A DNA stretch of 63,125 bases, counting the filler, from Stramenopiles sp. TOSAG23-6 (Eukaryota): the NCBI GenBank assembly GCA_900128565.1. It is 26 parts of 26 records of this genome, joined end to end, with 100 filler letters (N's around TTAATTAATTAA, not from the genome) between each part and the next. Parts side by side here need not be neighbours in the genome. Positions count along the whole stretch, not along the records: positions 60,808 to 63,125 come from LT638132.1; 25 more parts are not named here. One strand, given 5' to 3'. This document shows, one piece after another, positions 63,029 through 63,125 of the stretch. How positions within the stretch are numbered: position 1 is the first letter of the stretch; each line of letters opens with the position of its first letter. The notes beneath the pieces are model-generated. The model worked only from the letters and a program-made list of their open reading frames with translations, was not told where the DNA came from and ran no database searches. The translations under genes and the position numbers were made by a program.

Positions 63029-63125
63029 GTATTTTTTATTTTTTTTAATTTCGAATTTATGTTTTTTTGCGTACGAAATTTTGTACCTAACGAATTTTTT
63101 TTTGAAATATTTTTCCAAAATACAT
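63029..63125 (+). mobile_element. Introner-like GT-AT intron (97 nt) with a perfect 9-bp terminal inverted repeat including the flanking AT
   Basis: AT|GTATTTT ... GTACGAAATTTTGTACCTAAC ... AAAATACAT; the downstream exon lies outside the window. Confidence 0.8.

Overview
This is not one contiguous locus. It is 26 short contigs (about 2.32-2.35 kb each, in decreasing length) from an AT-rich microbial eukaryote, joined by N-runs containing an artificial TTAATTAATTAA linker. The genes are ordinary eukaryotic ones in the standard genetic code: succinyl-CoA ligase alpha, GluRS, kinesin-14 and -3, eIF4E, eIF3j, KNTC1/ROD, CEP120, REEP, SMYD, NSUN6, RsmE, a TBC Rab-GAP and an FKBP-TPR-cyclophilin. 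This gene set tentatively suggests a flagellated SAR protist. The main signal is the introns. More than 40 intron ends belong to one repeated family of roughly 85-160 nt with the layout RTAYGTTTT ... GTACGAAATTTYGTAC (palindrome) CTAAC ... TTGAAATATTTTT ... (C/A)AATACAN. Rebuilding conserved proteins requires most of them to end in AT rather than AG: mainly GT-AT, but also GT-AC, GT-AG, GC-AT, AT-AC and AT-AG. They carry short terminal inverted repeats, and the upstream exon usually ends in AT, like a target-site duplication. That makes them look like transposon-derived introners removed by a spliceosome that no longer needs the terminal G. Antisense remnants of the element sit in-frame inside exons. 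Other signals are short TTAGGG tracts inside genes, a satellite with a unit of about 101 bp, nested palindromes in one promoter, and duplicated or chimeric contigs. All splice calls are inferred from protein conservation and frame, not from RNA data.
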